IMG/VR virus record: IMGVR_UViG_3300033508_000213
Location: 1-32,516 of that record
Direction: 5' to 3' (one strand)
Source: a virus
Lineage: Duplodnaviria; Caudoviricetes
DNA: 32,516 bases
Both the position numbers and the translations under genes were made by a program. Positions 8,665 through 17,241 of the stretch are shown here, in pieces. Position 1 is the first letter of the stretch, and the number at the start of each line of letters is the position of its first letter. The notes beneath the pieces were generated by a model. That model worked only from the letters and a program-made list of their open reading frames with translations, made no database searches and had not been told where the DNA came from.

Positions 8665-11200
8665 CGCCAAAGTAGTTGAGTTTGATTGCCAGTGAGCGGA
8701 TGCCGAAGGGGAAGGGCTCATCGGAGATCACGCAGAAATCCCCGGCAGTGCTGTGGCCGCCGTCGAATTGTTTTTCCCCGGTCTCGCCGGAAAACAACGC
8801 GGCGGACGATCCGGCATTGATGGGGTCGAACTTCGTGCCGTCCGGGTTTTCGCCCATCTTGCCCCCACGGGCGCGGTGCAGGCTCAGGGTGAGCGAGTGA
8901 ATGCGCGCCTCGCGGCTGCGGCTTGAGCCATTGTCCATGCTGGTTTCGGGGGTCATGGGCATCAGCTTCGCGGCATAGGGTAGGCCCACGGTCACCGGCC
9001 CGGTCTTGCCCGTGAAGAACTCGGCGGACAAAACAGCGGGGGCGAGGGCGGTGCCGTTGTTCCAGCCTGCCACGGTTTGGCCGTCCAAGTGGTGGCCGGT
9101 GAGCGAGTAGGGGGAAGTCAAGACCGTGTAGGAATCCAGCCAGCGCCCGTCGTCGGCGGCATTCAGCAAGCCTGGGGCCATCCGCTCGATGCAAACTTGA
9201 CCGTTGCGCAAGGCGGCTATCCAAACCTCATCCTCGCCCGGCTTGCGCAGGCAAGCCACGGAAAGCACGGTGCCGGTGGTCGGGTGGCGGGACCAGCCTG
9301 CGATGTTCTGGCCGCGCTCGTAGGTCATGGAGAACAGCTTGCCACCTGCCACGAACCAGGCGATTTGAAAGGGATTGTGGGTGAGCGCGAAGTCGATAAT
9401 CGGCCCATCGCTGAAAAGGTGCTCGGCGAGCAGGGTTAGATTGCCGTCTTCGTAGCGGTCCGAGTCAAAGCGGTAAGACAATTCGCGCAACGCCCGGCCG
9501 CCATTCTGCACGAACAGGGTGGCGGCGTTCGTCCGCAATGCCCCCGGCGCTTCCGCGTGCGACCCGATGGATGAGTTACGGGTGGCCATGCCGAATTCCG
9601 GGGTGATCGCCTTATCTTCCGTTTCTCCCCGTAGGGAAAATTCCGCCACTCCTGAGCCGATGATAAGCGAGCGGTCACTCGCTAACCAACTAATCGGCTC
9701 GCGTTGGCCGATCATCACGGTATGGGCAAACGCTTGGTCGGCATCCGTGCCGTGTTCGAAATTCGAGTAATCATCGGACGCACTGCCCCACACGGTATGC
9801 GTACGGCGCGCGGTGGAAGCGAGGATCAGGCGGCCTTGATGGATTTCGAGCGCGCGCGGATACCCTTGATAGCCGCTCCATGCGCCTTCCGCCCAATAGC
9901 GCGTCGTCACGTTTTCGACCGGAGAAACCACTTCGACTATTGCGTTCATCGAGTCGGTCACCGTGAGGATTTTCACCACCCCGCGCATGTAGGCGTCTTC
10001 CGCAGAAAGGATGGCATGCGCCCCGGTGGTTCCGCCCTGGTGGTTGCTGTATTTGATGCGCAGCAAGACCCGCCCGTCCGTCTCGCCCTCGGCGCTGGCG
10101 TTGCGCGGGGAGGCAGTGGAGGATTGAAAGGTGCGAATCGCCACATACGTGACGCCGCCGTCCGTGGATTCCTCGACGTGATAGGTGCCATACCACGTGC
10201 CTGCGGTGGTGAAGGTCCAGCGCCCGTTCACCTTGAGTACGGCAGAATAGAGCGGGGCCGTAGTCGTCACCCCATACGCCCGCACCGTTTCAAATTGCCA
10301 CGGTTCCCGTTTGGTTGAGATTTGGAATAATGCCCCGGCGTGGCTCGCATCAAACAAGGCCTTGTTGGAAATGAGGGAAATTTCCTGCCCAGCAGGGGCC
10401 GCGCTGTCGAGTGTGGACTCGTTGGAAGGAAGCCAAATGAGTTTGAACCCATCGAATTTAAGGATCCTGTTATCGTAATAGTTCCTGGTCGGGGCCGTGT
10501 TTCCCTGGGAAGGGGTTGACCCGCCTGTTTTGGCTTCGTCATAGCCGATGAAGGTAATCACCCGGGTTGTGCTGGTGGTGTGTTTTACCTGACAGGTGTA
10601 GGTGATTCCCAGATGAGTGACCTTGGCGCCGACGTTGATAGTGGCAGTCGTGGAAGTCCACGCGTTTGCTACTGGGCTCGCCGGATAGGACGCTTGAAGG
10701 GTGTGGGCATCGTCGGTGTTTTCCGGTAAAAACGGAGCTTTGCTATTCGGGACTAAGCCCGCCATTGCCCAGCTGTCGTTCGCGAAGCGTCGGAGTTGTG
10801 TCGGCTCATATTCGGGATGGGTGAAAAACATCACGTCGTTGATTTGCTTCCATCGCAGCAATGGCAGCTGCCCGCCCGTCCAAGGAATGGCAACCTCCAG
10901 ATCCACGCCGCCCGATTGCACCGCGCTCCCCGCCGCAAAGACCTTCATCACTCCGCCGCCTAGCGCGAGGATCAAGGAATCATCGCCTTGGATTTCAAAT
11001 TCGACCAAGCGCACGGTTGAGCCTTTCCCCTTGCCGCAAGACTCGAGGCCCGGTCGCTTGCACACCCCGCCTTGTGGGCGAATGATGAAGTTTTCCAAGC
11101 GGCGGCATGCGCTGGTGTATTTCGCAAGATCGGAGCGGCCATCGAGCCAGGGCGACCACTCGCCCCCGTCGAAAGTGAGTTGATGTTTGACGATAGGCAT
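8654..11200 (-). CDS. Tail tubular protein B / nozzle (T7 gp12-like)
   Basis: 848 aa; N-terminal FDGGEWSP..GRSDLAKY...LENFIIRPQGGVCKRPG, plus GYP....HQGRL and AGWSRH motifs typical of podovirus nozzles. Confidence 0.85.
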   Translation of the reverse strand: MPIVKHQLTFDGGEWSPWLDGRSDLAKYTSACRRLENFIIRPQGGVCKRPGLESCGKGKGSTVRLVEFEIQGDDSLILALGGGVMKVFAAGSAVQSGGVDLEVAIPWTGGQLPLLRWKQINDVMFFTHPEYEPTQLRRFANDSWAMAGLVPNSKAPFLPENTDDAHTLQASYPASPVANAWTSTTATINVGAKVTHLGITYTCQVKHTTSTTRVITFIGYDEAKTGGSTPSQGNTAPTRNYYDNRILKFDGFKLIWLPSNESTLDSAAPAGQEISLISNKALFDASHAGALFQISTKREPWQFETVRAYGVTTTAPLYSAVLKVNGRWTFTTAGTWYGTYHVEESTDGGVTYVAIRTFQSSTASPRNASAEGETDGRVLLRIKYSNHQGGTTGAHAILSAEDAYMRGVVKILTVTDSMNAIVEVVSPVENVTTRYWAEGAWSGYQGYPRALEIHQGRLILASTARRTHTVWGSASDDYSNFEHGTDADQAFAHTVMIGQREPISWLASDRSLIIGSGVAEFSLRGETEDKAITPEFGMATRNSSIGSHAEAPGALRTNAATLFVQNGGRALRELSYRFDSDRYEDGNLTLLAEHLFSDGPIIDFALTHNPFQIAWFVAGGKLFSMTYERGQNIAGWSRHPTTGTVLSVACLRKPGEDEVWIAALRNGQVCIERMAPGLLNAADDGRWLDSYTVLTSPYSLTGHHLDGQTVAGWNNGTALAPAVLSAEFFTGKTGPVTVGLPYAAKLMPMTPETSMDNGSSRSREARIHSLTLSLHRARGGKMGENPDGTKFDPINAGSSAALFSGETGEKQFDGGHSTAGDFCVISDEPFPFGIRSLAIKLNYFGDAR

Positions 11201-11206
11201 AAAAAA

Positions 11207-11854
11207 TCAGGCTTCCAGTTGGTCGGAGAAGAAATCGCCGCGCACGCCGAGCAAGGAACCGGCGAGGAATTCGGACATTGGGTGGTTTTCGTTGGACTGG
11301 GTGTCCTGCCCGTCCGCCGTGCGGGCGGCGGGCAGCGCGTTGCCCTCGTAAAGTTGGCGGAGATCCGCCTCCATCCGCTCGGAACCGGTGATCGCTCGCG
11401 CCAGCTTACTGGCCAGTAAGGTGACCAGCGCCTCCACAAACAGCGCGTCGTGGAGCGTGGGAGCGTCTTGGAGTTGCACATAATCCACGCGAATGGATTC
11501 ATAGCCTCCGGAAACGATGGTACGGGCCCCCGCGATGGTCCGGAAATCAAACCGATCAATCACCGTGCCCTCAGGATTTGTGATGCGGCGCAGCTTCACG
11601 AAATCGGCAGGTAGCGGAAACGCCGCCGTCCATCCGGTGAGATCCACTGACGAGGGGGCGGGGGCGTCTAGCGGCTCAGATTCCGCCACGACCATGGCGA
11701 AGCTCCAGAAGTGAGCCCGCAGGATTTCCTTGAGCGAGGGCAGATAGTGCAGATTCGCCAGACGGGCCGCTTTGCTGGTCGTGTCGGCAATATCGGTGAT
11801 CAGGCTTTCCCCGATCTTGGAAAGCGCCATGTTGGCGATGTCAGTCTTGGTCAT
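11207..11854 (-). CDS. Tail tubular protein A / adaptor (T7 gp11-like)
   Basis: MTKTDIANMALSKIG, H.WSFA and F.LPADF motifs; directly upstream of tail B. Confidence 0.85.
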   Translation of the reverse strand: MTKTDIANMALSKIGESLITDIADTTSKAARLANLHYLPSLKEILRAHFWSFAMVVAESEPLDAPAPSSVDLTGWTAAFPLPADFVKLRRITNPEGTVIDRFDFRTIAGARTIVSGGYESIRVDYVQLQDAPTLHDALFVEALVTLLASKLARAITGSERMEADLRQLYEGNALPAARTADGQDTQSNENHPMSEFLAGSLLGVRGDFFSDQLEA

Positions 11855-11865
11855 GGATGGTTTCT

Positions 11866-11912
11866 AAAAAAAGAAACCCGGCGGGCACGTGGGTTATGCG
11901 TGCGCCGCCGGG
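11866..11912 (-). terminator. Rho-independent terminator after the capsid and decoration genes
   Basis: Minus strand CCCGGCGG-C-GCACG loop CGTGC-CCGCCGGG followed by TTTCTTTTTTT. Confidence 0.75.
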
Positions 11913-11951
11913 CGGTTGTTGGGGAGGGGGGAACTAGCAGCTGCCGGGCGG

Positions 11952-12422
11952 TCAGTAAGTTTGACCATAGACGATCCGGGCGCGGAGCGTCTTCGCCGTG
12001 GTGGCAATGGTCAGGTCAGCCGTCGGCACGAACTGAATCCACGATTCCTTGGCGACTACCAGAGTATCCGCCACCTCAGGGATGCACGCGGTTTCCGTGG
12101 CAGCGAGGTTGACGACTACGCCGGTGATTTCTTGCACCGCGCTGCCGTCAAGCGGCACGATTTGGAGTTTCCCGGCAATGGTGGCCGTGTGGTCGGTGGA
12201 CAGCATCGACAAGGACGGGATGATGCGCGAGCCAGCGGGGAGCTTGCCGAAGCGCACGTAATCCGTCGCAGCAACCACCGCAGGCGCGCCCACTGGAATG
12301 CTCGCTTTGTCGTCGAGGATTCGCAGGTTTGCAGCGGATTGCGGTGCGTGAGAGCCCGCGCTTGGCCCCTTGATGAGGGCGGCGGCTTGCAGGGCGGCGA
12401 TAGTGGATAAAACAACAGACAT
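11952..12422 (-). CDS. Putative capsid decoration/cement protein
   Basis: 156 aa, beta-rich, immediately downstream of the major capsid gene and before the terminator. Confidence 0.55.
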   Translation of the reverse strand: MSVVLSTIAALQAAALIKGPSAGSHAPQSAANLRILDDKASIPVGAPAVVAATDYVRFGKLPAGSRIIPSLSMLSTDHTATIAGKLQIVPLDGSAVQEITGVVVNLAATETACIPEVADTLVVAKESWIQFVPTADLTIATTAKTLRARIVYGQTY

Positions 12423-12457
12423 GATATTGGTTCTTTCTGGTAGGGTTAAAGGTTAGA

Positions 12458-13396
12458 TCAGCCGTCCTGTTCGCAGTAGATGTTGACGACGCGGTCTTCG
12501 TCCTTGCGGCAGGCACCGGCTTTGATGCGGGAATAGACCTGCACCGCTTGGGACTGCGTAGGCAGCACGTCGATGGAGGTTTTGACGTCATACCAGAAAT
12601 CCAGATGGACACCGGTATTGATCCACATCGGGCACTCGCGGCGGATCTTGCCACCACCCAGAGAGGTGACCGGCAAGCGTTCGCTGCGCAGGAAGTGGAT
12701 GCCCATGAAGTAATCGACTTCACCTTCCACCAAGGCTTTCACCTTGTTGTAATCGGCGCTGCCGGTTTGCTCCACGTCGTAAAGCAAGTTGTCGAGCTCG
12801 TCTTGAGAGACGCCCATGCAGATCTTGGCCCCGGCATCCTTGCTCTCTTGGCCATAGACTTCGAGTTTGCCGAAGCGGCCCTTGCCACGCACCAGCTTGG
12901 CGAGGGTCAAGCCAGTGTTGGCGCTGCCACCGTCGCGGCGGTAGTTGATGGCGATGATTTGCGCGGCAGGCAGCGCAATCGAAGACATGTTGTCCTCGAT
13001 GCCTTCGAGGTTCGGGCCCAGGATGCCCGCGATGAAGATATCATCGAGCTTGCGGTTGGCAGCGGCCCCGTGCTGGGTGCTGATTTCCCCGGTGGGAGCC
13101 ACGGCAAGATCGAGTTCTTGCGCGTCATCCTCATCGAGGATGGTGGCAAGGCTCGCTTTGCGGGGGAACAAATAGCGGTGTTCCAAGAGAAGCTCTTGGC
13201 CGACGGTCGGCTGAAGCCGTCCGGTGTGATCGTTCATTTCAGCCTTTTGCACCTTGCGGTGAGCTTGGCTCTTGCCAGTGCAGCCGGTTTTGACGGTGGC
13301 GTAGGCTTTGAAACGTGATTGGAGTTGTTGGGCGACGTGCTCCATGCCCTCTTGGAACATGTTGCGCGCGGATTGCGGGATGGTGATGGGGATCAT
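12458..13396 (-). CDS. Major capsid protein
   Basis: 312 aa; QQ..SR, AANRKLDDI.I and LV.GEVDYFMGIHF..SERL motifs of podovirus capsids; follows the scaffold gene. Confidence 0.85.
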   Translation of the reverse strand: MIPITIPQSARNMFQEGMEHVAQQLQSRFKAYATVKTGCTGKSQAHRKVQKAEMNDHTGRLQPTVGQELLLEHRYLFPRKASLATILDEDDAQELDLAVAPTGEISTQHGAAANRKLDDIFIAGILGPNLEGIEDNMSSIALPAAQIIAINYRRDGGSANTGLTLAKLVRGKGRFGKLEVYGQESKDAGAKICMGVSQDELDNLLYDVEQTGSADYNKVKALVEGEVDYFMGIHFLRSERLPVTSLGGGKIRRECPMWINTGVHLDFWYDVKTSIDVLPTQSQAVQVYSRIKAGACRKDEDRVVNIYCEQDG

Positions 13397-13517
13397 TGTC
13401 GTAGTTGTTGGAATTCAATTTGTGGCCTCGCGGCCCCGGTGTGAGTTCCGATTGTCCACCTCCGCGCGGGCCTCGTTAGAGGTTGTCCGCCGCCAGCGGG
13501 TCGGCTGCTTCGCCTTG

Positions 13518-13574
13518 CTTCTACGCCTCGCCGCGCCCTCCCTTCAATCACTCTATTCCTTGCCGATACGGAAA
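13518..13574 (-). promoter_or_regulatory. Candidate activator-dependent late promoter upstream of the capsid gene
   Basis: TTTCCGTATCGGCAAG - 11 nt - TTGAAG - 18 nt - TAGAAG; same box and spacing as at 17182-17238. Confidence 0.5.
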
Positions 13575-13604
13575 AGCGGCGGGCACCCGAAGGCGCTCGC
13601 CGCT
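13571..13604 (-). terminator. Terminator-like hairpin after the scaffold gene
   Basis: AGCGGCGAGCGCC-TTCG-GGTGCCCGCCGCT-TTTC: 13-bp stem with one mismatch, UUCG tetraloop, short U tract. Confidence 0.5.
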
Positions 13605-13629
13605 CACCAATCACACAGGCAGAGAATTC

Positions 13630-14418
13630 TTAGCCGTCGATCAAGCGTTTCACCTTGGCAATCACCGTGCGGTCACCGTTGTGATAAGCCTCATAGTCCG
13701 GGTGTTTCACGTCGCGCATGATCGCGCGCGCTTCCTCCGCACCATTGACAAAGGAATTCCCCGGGGCCACCGCGCCACGCATCGAGGCTACGGCGTCCTC
13801 GGACAACATGCCCACGACTTTGCCCAGGAACGAAACCACGGGCGGATGAGAGAAAAGCGAAGCGTCCGCCGGATCGTAACCAAGTGAGGCGACCACGCTT
13901 TTGACTTGGCCAATCTTCGATTCGTAGTTGCTGCCCCATTCTTTTTTCAGGGCAGCGGTGCCGTCCTGAATCTGCTTTTCGTAAGCATCGCCGATCAAGC
14001 GTTGATTCTCCGCTTCCATTTCGATGAATGTTTGCGTGATCGCCTTCGCGGCGTCGGGCGTGATGCCGTTGGCATGGAAGGCCCCGGCAAAGCGCTTTTC
14101 GGCATCTTCTGACCAGGTGAGCCCCTCGGGCAGTGCTTCGGGCTTGAGCTGGTAGCCCTCCGGTGAGTCAGGCAGGCCGACGGGCTTGCGCGTCGAAAAC
14201 GCGGTTTCGAGATCGCGGTAGCTTTTGGCCATGTTTTCCACGTCCGGCGCGCCATCCTTCCAGAATTTCTCGGGCAGGTAGTCGGGGCGTTCGGCGCTTG
14301 GCGCGGGGGTTGGAGTTGGCTCCGGCGTTGGCGTCGGAGTGGGCTCGGGAGTCGGTGCCGGGGTTGGCTCGGGAGTCGGTGCCGGGGTTGGCTCTGGGGT
14401 GGGTGTGGGGGTGCTCAT
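13630..14418 (-). CDS. Capsid scaffolding protein
   Basis: [10 protein letters not shown]...KSY.DLE, P.SPEGY and LKKEWG..Y motifs; lies between portal and capsid. Confidence 0.8.
   Translation of the reverse strand: MSTPTPTPEPTPAPTPEPTPAPTPEPTPTPTPEPTPTPAPSAERPDYLPEKFWKDGAPDVENMAKSYRDLETAFSTRKPVGLPDSPEGYQLKPEALPEGLTWSEDAEKRFAGAFHANGITPDAAKAITQTFIEMEAENQRLIGDAYEKQIQDGTAALKKEWGSNYESKIGQVKSVVASLGYDPADASLFSHPPVVSFLGKVVGMLSEDAVASMRGAVAPGNSFVNGAEEARAIMRDVKHPDYEAYHNGDRTVIAKVKRLIDG
14303..14411 (-). repeat. Coding tandem repeat (about 24 bp; PTPAPTPE) at the scaffold N-terminus
   Basis: ggctcgggagtcggtgccggggtt repeated with variants. Confidence 0.8.
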
Positions 14419-14891
14419 GCGTCAGTGGATTCGGGTTTCACCTCTGCGGCGGCCTTCTTGGCTAGCTTCGGCGCTTTCGGCTCCTTGGCTGGCTTCGGTT
14501 CGTCTATGGGTTCGTCGGTAGGATCGACGGGGGCAACGCCCGAGCCCGAGCTATACTCGACACGCCCTTGATAGAGTCGGTCAAAGTCCGTGCGGGTGAA
14601 GTGCTTGCGGGCATGGTCAACGGCAGCGGGCGAGAGCATGCCTAGGCCGGGGTCCATCGCTTCGCGCACTTCGTGCGGGAAGTCTGGCAGCGGGGCCACG
14701 GCGGCGAGCGCTTCGTTGCCGATGAGGATTTTCACCGGGATGCCATGCGCACGCATGAAATGGGCCTTCACCTTGTCGGTGAGGTCGGCGAATTCGGCGC
14801 GCAGTCGCACAGACTTGGTGCCGACGTCGTATTTGCCGATGTGCTCATCATCGGCGAAGACATGGCGCATTTGATAGATATGGAGTTTCAT
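14415..14891 (-). CDS. Hypothetical protein
   Basis: ATG 14891 (MKLHIYQ) follows an A/C-rich leader; the upstream start in the ORF track falls inside the tRNA; ATGA overlap with the scaffold gene. Confidence 0.65.
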   Translation of the reverse strand: MKLHIYQMRHVFADDEHIGKYDVGTKSVRLRAEFADLTDKVKAHFMRAHGIPVKILIGNEALAAVAPLPDFPHEVREAMDPGLGMLSPAAVDHARKHFTRTDFDRLYQGRVEYSSGSGVAPVDPTDEPIDEPKPAKEPKAPKLAKKAAAEVKPESTDA

Positions 14892-14930
14892 GGTTGGTGT
14901 TGGTGTTTGGTTGGTTGCATGAGAGAGAAG

Positions 14931-15005
14931 TTGCGGGGGTCGGATTTGAACCGACATGCTGGAGGTTATGAGGCTCCGGTCTTACCTATCAACGGTCACC
15001 CCGCT
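14931..15005 (-). tRNA. tRNA-Met(CAT)-like, resembling initiator tRNA but atypical; possibly a pseudo-tRNA
   Basis: AGCGGGG...GGAGC-CTCATAA-CCTCC-AGCAT-GTCGG-TTCAAAT-CCGAC-CCCCGCA-A. Perfect T arm, 1:72 mismatch, weak D arm, no encoded CCA. Confidence 0.7.
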
Positions 15006-15014
15006 ATTAGAAAA

Positions 15015-15320
15015 TCAATCATCCTCTGCCCCCGGTTGGGGCGTGCGGATGCCCGCCGCTGCGGCGTTGAGGATATCGGAAAACACGGAACGCACGCCGT
15101 CTCGGTAAGCTGCGGTGGCCGCATTCATGCCGTCCTCAGCGCTGAACACGCTGCCCATGAAGTTGTGCTTGGCGAGGGCTAGGCGCAGCCATTCCTTGCC
15201 GTTGTCGGTCGTGAATAGCTTGCGCGTCAGGCGTTCAAACTTCGCGCCCAGCTTCGCAGCATCCGCTTGTTGTTGGCGGGCCTGGTCAAACAAGGCAAGA
15301 GGGTCGGATATTTCGATCAT
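15015..15320 (-). CDS. Small protein downstream of the portal (Bbp19-like)
   Basis: LFTTDNGKEWL...AYRDG.RSV pattern typical of this position; ATGA overlap with the portal gene. Confidence 0.65.
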   Translation of the reverse strand: MIEISDPLALFDQARQQQADAAKLGAKFERLTRKLFTTDNGKEWLRLALAKHNFMGSVFSAEDGMNAATAAYRDGVRSVFSDILNAAAAGIRTPQPGAEDD

Positions 15321-16975
15321 GCGGGCGGTTGTGGAATTTTCAGGCCGACCTTGTTGGCCGCGTCGGCGGCGAGTTGGGCTTGTTCGAGCTCTGCTTGTTG
15401 CGCTTGTGCCTCTGCCCGGGCGCTGCGGATTTCCTCCATCGCCTTTGCCTTGCGAATCACGGACTCGGGCACGCCGTCATTGCGGCCGTTGAGGCGCAAG
15501 TATTCGTCCACATCGATGTTGTCGAACGCATCCGGGACGAGTTGCGCGATGGCAACGGCACGCTCGACCAAGCGGTCGGCAGCGGCGCTTTCAGATTGGC
15601 GGATGGCCAGCGCCACCCGGGATTGATAGACCACCTTGGGCGGGGGCACCTCCGTCAAGCCGTCACGCGTCTTGCGCATCACGGTCTGAGGAATGTCATT
15701 CACTTGGCCAAACGCTCCTGCACGGAATAGCACGTTAAAAATCCGCTCCATCGCCACTTGGAAATCCGCCGTAAAGCGCGTGAACGAAGGTGAGAACGGC
15801 ATAAGCTTTTCAGCCGCCAGCTCGGACACTTCGCGCGCCGTCATCTGCTTTTCCCGCTCGGCGAACATGCGGAACAGGTCGGTGTGAAAGGCGCGGCGGA
15901 TCGTTTCGCGGGCGTCCTGAAGTTCTTCCAGCAAACCATCGTCGCGGGAATTGGTCAGCCATTCTTGCGGAAGGGATGAAGCGTGACTGGTCGCGCGAAA
16001 CACCGTGCGGCCACCGGGCCGAGCATCCACATTGCCGATCAGGTTGTCAGGGATGAGCACCGGGGGCACCGCCTTCTTTTGCGCCACCACGCCCAGGATT
16101 TGCTTGAGCTTGTTCGCATCGAGCACGGCGGCTTTGACTTGTTCAAAGGGCGCGTAACCATATTGCTGGCGCGAGCCGGTGCGCTTGAGGTAGCGGGAAA
16201 CCATGTATGGCATTTCCGGGAATCCGCTGCGTTTGAGCACGCTCTTGCCGTCTTCGGCCACCCACACGCTGGCGAATGGCATGTTGAACACATCGAGCTT
16301 GGTCTTGTCCCGCGTGATCCGGGGAAACACCGCATGCACCACGTAGTGATCGCCGTTGACGCCCTTTTCTTTGAACTTTTGCCACGAGCTGGCGAGCTTC
16401 GCATTGGCGGCGATCACTTCCTCGCCGAATTCCTGTGCCAGCTGGCGGATCGAGTAAGCACGGCGCAAGAACACCGTGTCCACATTGCCCTCCGAATCCT
16501 CTTCCACACAGAACGAGCCAATCGGGTGGGATTGAAATGAAATCTTGTTTTCCGCATGAGGCATCGCGCCCAAGCAACACAGCCCGAAGCCGCTGCGGTC
16601 CTCAAAGCACTCATTGAGCGAGGTGTGGAAATTCCCCGCAGCCAGGATCGTGCGCGCCTTCTCGCTTTGCTCGTGATACCAGCCGTCCGCTTCATCGCTC
16701 TTGATGTCCTCGGGGGCTTCCCAGGCGAACCACTGCGTGCCGGCCGGGGTGATCGCGGAGCTGTGACCGCTCGCCAACACCGAGACGGCCTCAATCGCCG
16801 TGGTGTCGTAAAGCATGTTGGCGGTGTTTGTGCCAGATCCCGCGCCAGCCGTGCGCGAAATGTTGCCTTTGCGTGGTAACGCGAAGTCGCTCACTTGCTG
16901 CCAAGTGGAATCCCACGGCGCGCGCTCGGCCATCATGCCCGACCAACGCGCCAAAATGGTTTTAGCGTCCTCCAT
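15317..16975 (-). CDS. Portal protein (head-tail connector, T7/BPP-1 type)
   Basis: W...WQQVSDFALP, LYDTTA, SGFPEMPY.VSR...YG..P and MTAREV motifs; start set at MEDAKTIL, just after the upstream gene stop. Confidence 0.9.
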   Translation of the reverse strand: MEDAKTILARWSGMMAERAPWDSTWQQVSDFALPRKGNISRTAGAGSGTNTANMLYDTTAIEAVSVLASGHSSAITPAGTQWFAWEAPEDIKSDEADGWYHEQSEKARTILAAGNFHTSLNECFEDRSGFGLCCLGAMPHAENKISFQSHPIGSFCVEEDSEGNVDTVFLRRAYSIRQLAQEFGEEVIAANAKLASSWQKFKEKGVNGDHYVVHAVFPRITRDKTKLDVFNMPFASVWVAEDGKSVLKRSGFPEMPYMVSRYLKRTGSRQQYGYAPFEQVKAAVLDANKLKQILGVVAQKKAVPPVLIPDNLIGNVDARPGGRTVFRATSHASSLPQEWLTNSRDDGLLEELQDARETIRRAFHTDLFRMFAEREKQMTAREVSELAAEKLMPFSPSFTRFTADFQVAMERIFNVLFRAGAFGQVNDIPQTVMRKTRDGLTEVPPPKVVYQSRVALAIRQSESAAADRLVERAVAIAQLVPDAFDNIDVDEYLRLNGRNDGVPESVIRKAKAMEEIRSARAEAQAQQAELEQAQLAADAANKVGLKIPQPPA

Positions 16976-16976
16976 G

Positions 16977-17174
16977 TTAGCCGCCCAAAAGGGTTTTCTT
17001 GCTGCCGCCCTCAGCCGCTGCGGCGGGGGCAAGCAAGGTTGAGGAGTAGCCCGCGCGGCGGCGTTGGCGCTGGCGTTGGTCATCCTCCGCATAAGCCTTG
17101 TCTTGCCCGGTCACAGTTACTGGGGGCGGCGGCGGCTTGGGTGCATCAATCTTTTTCGGTTTGGAAAAGCCCAT
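16977..17174 (-). CDS. Small Pro-rich virion-associated protein upstream of the portal
   Basis: MGFSKPK..PPPPP...RRRAG..STLL...KTLLGG; typical pre-portal gene. Confidence 0.7.
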   Translation of the reverse strand: MGFSKPKKIDAPKPPPPPVTVTGQDKAYAEDDQRQRQRRRAGYSSTLLAPAAAAEGGSKKTLLGG

Positions 17175-17181
17175 GCCTGCC

Positions 17182-17238
17182 GTGATACTCGCGCGGCCCG
17201 CGCTGCGGCAAGCCGTCGCTTGCTTGCCGATACGGAAA
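17182..17238 (-). promoter_or_regulatory. Candidate activator-dependent late promoter upstream of the portal block
   Basis: TTTCCGTATCGGCAAG - 11 nt - TTGCCG - 18 nt - TATCAC - 7 nt - ATG. Confidence 0.5.
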
Positions 17239-17241
17239 CCT

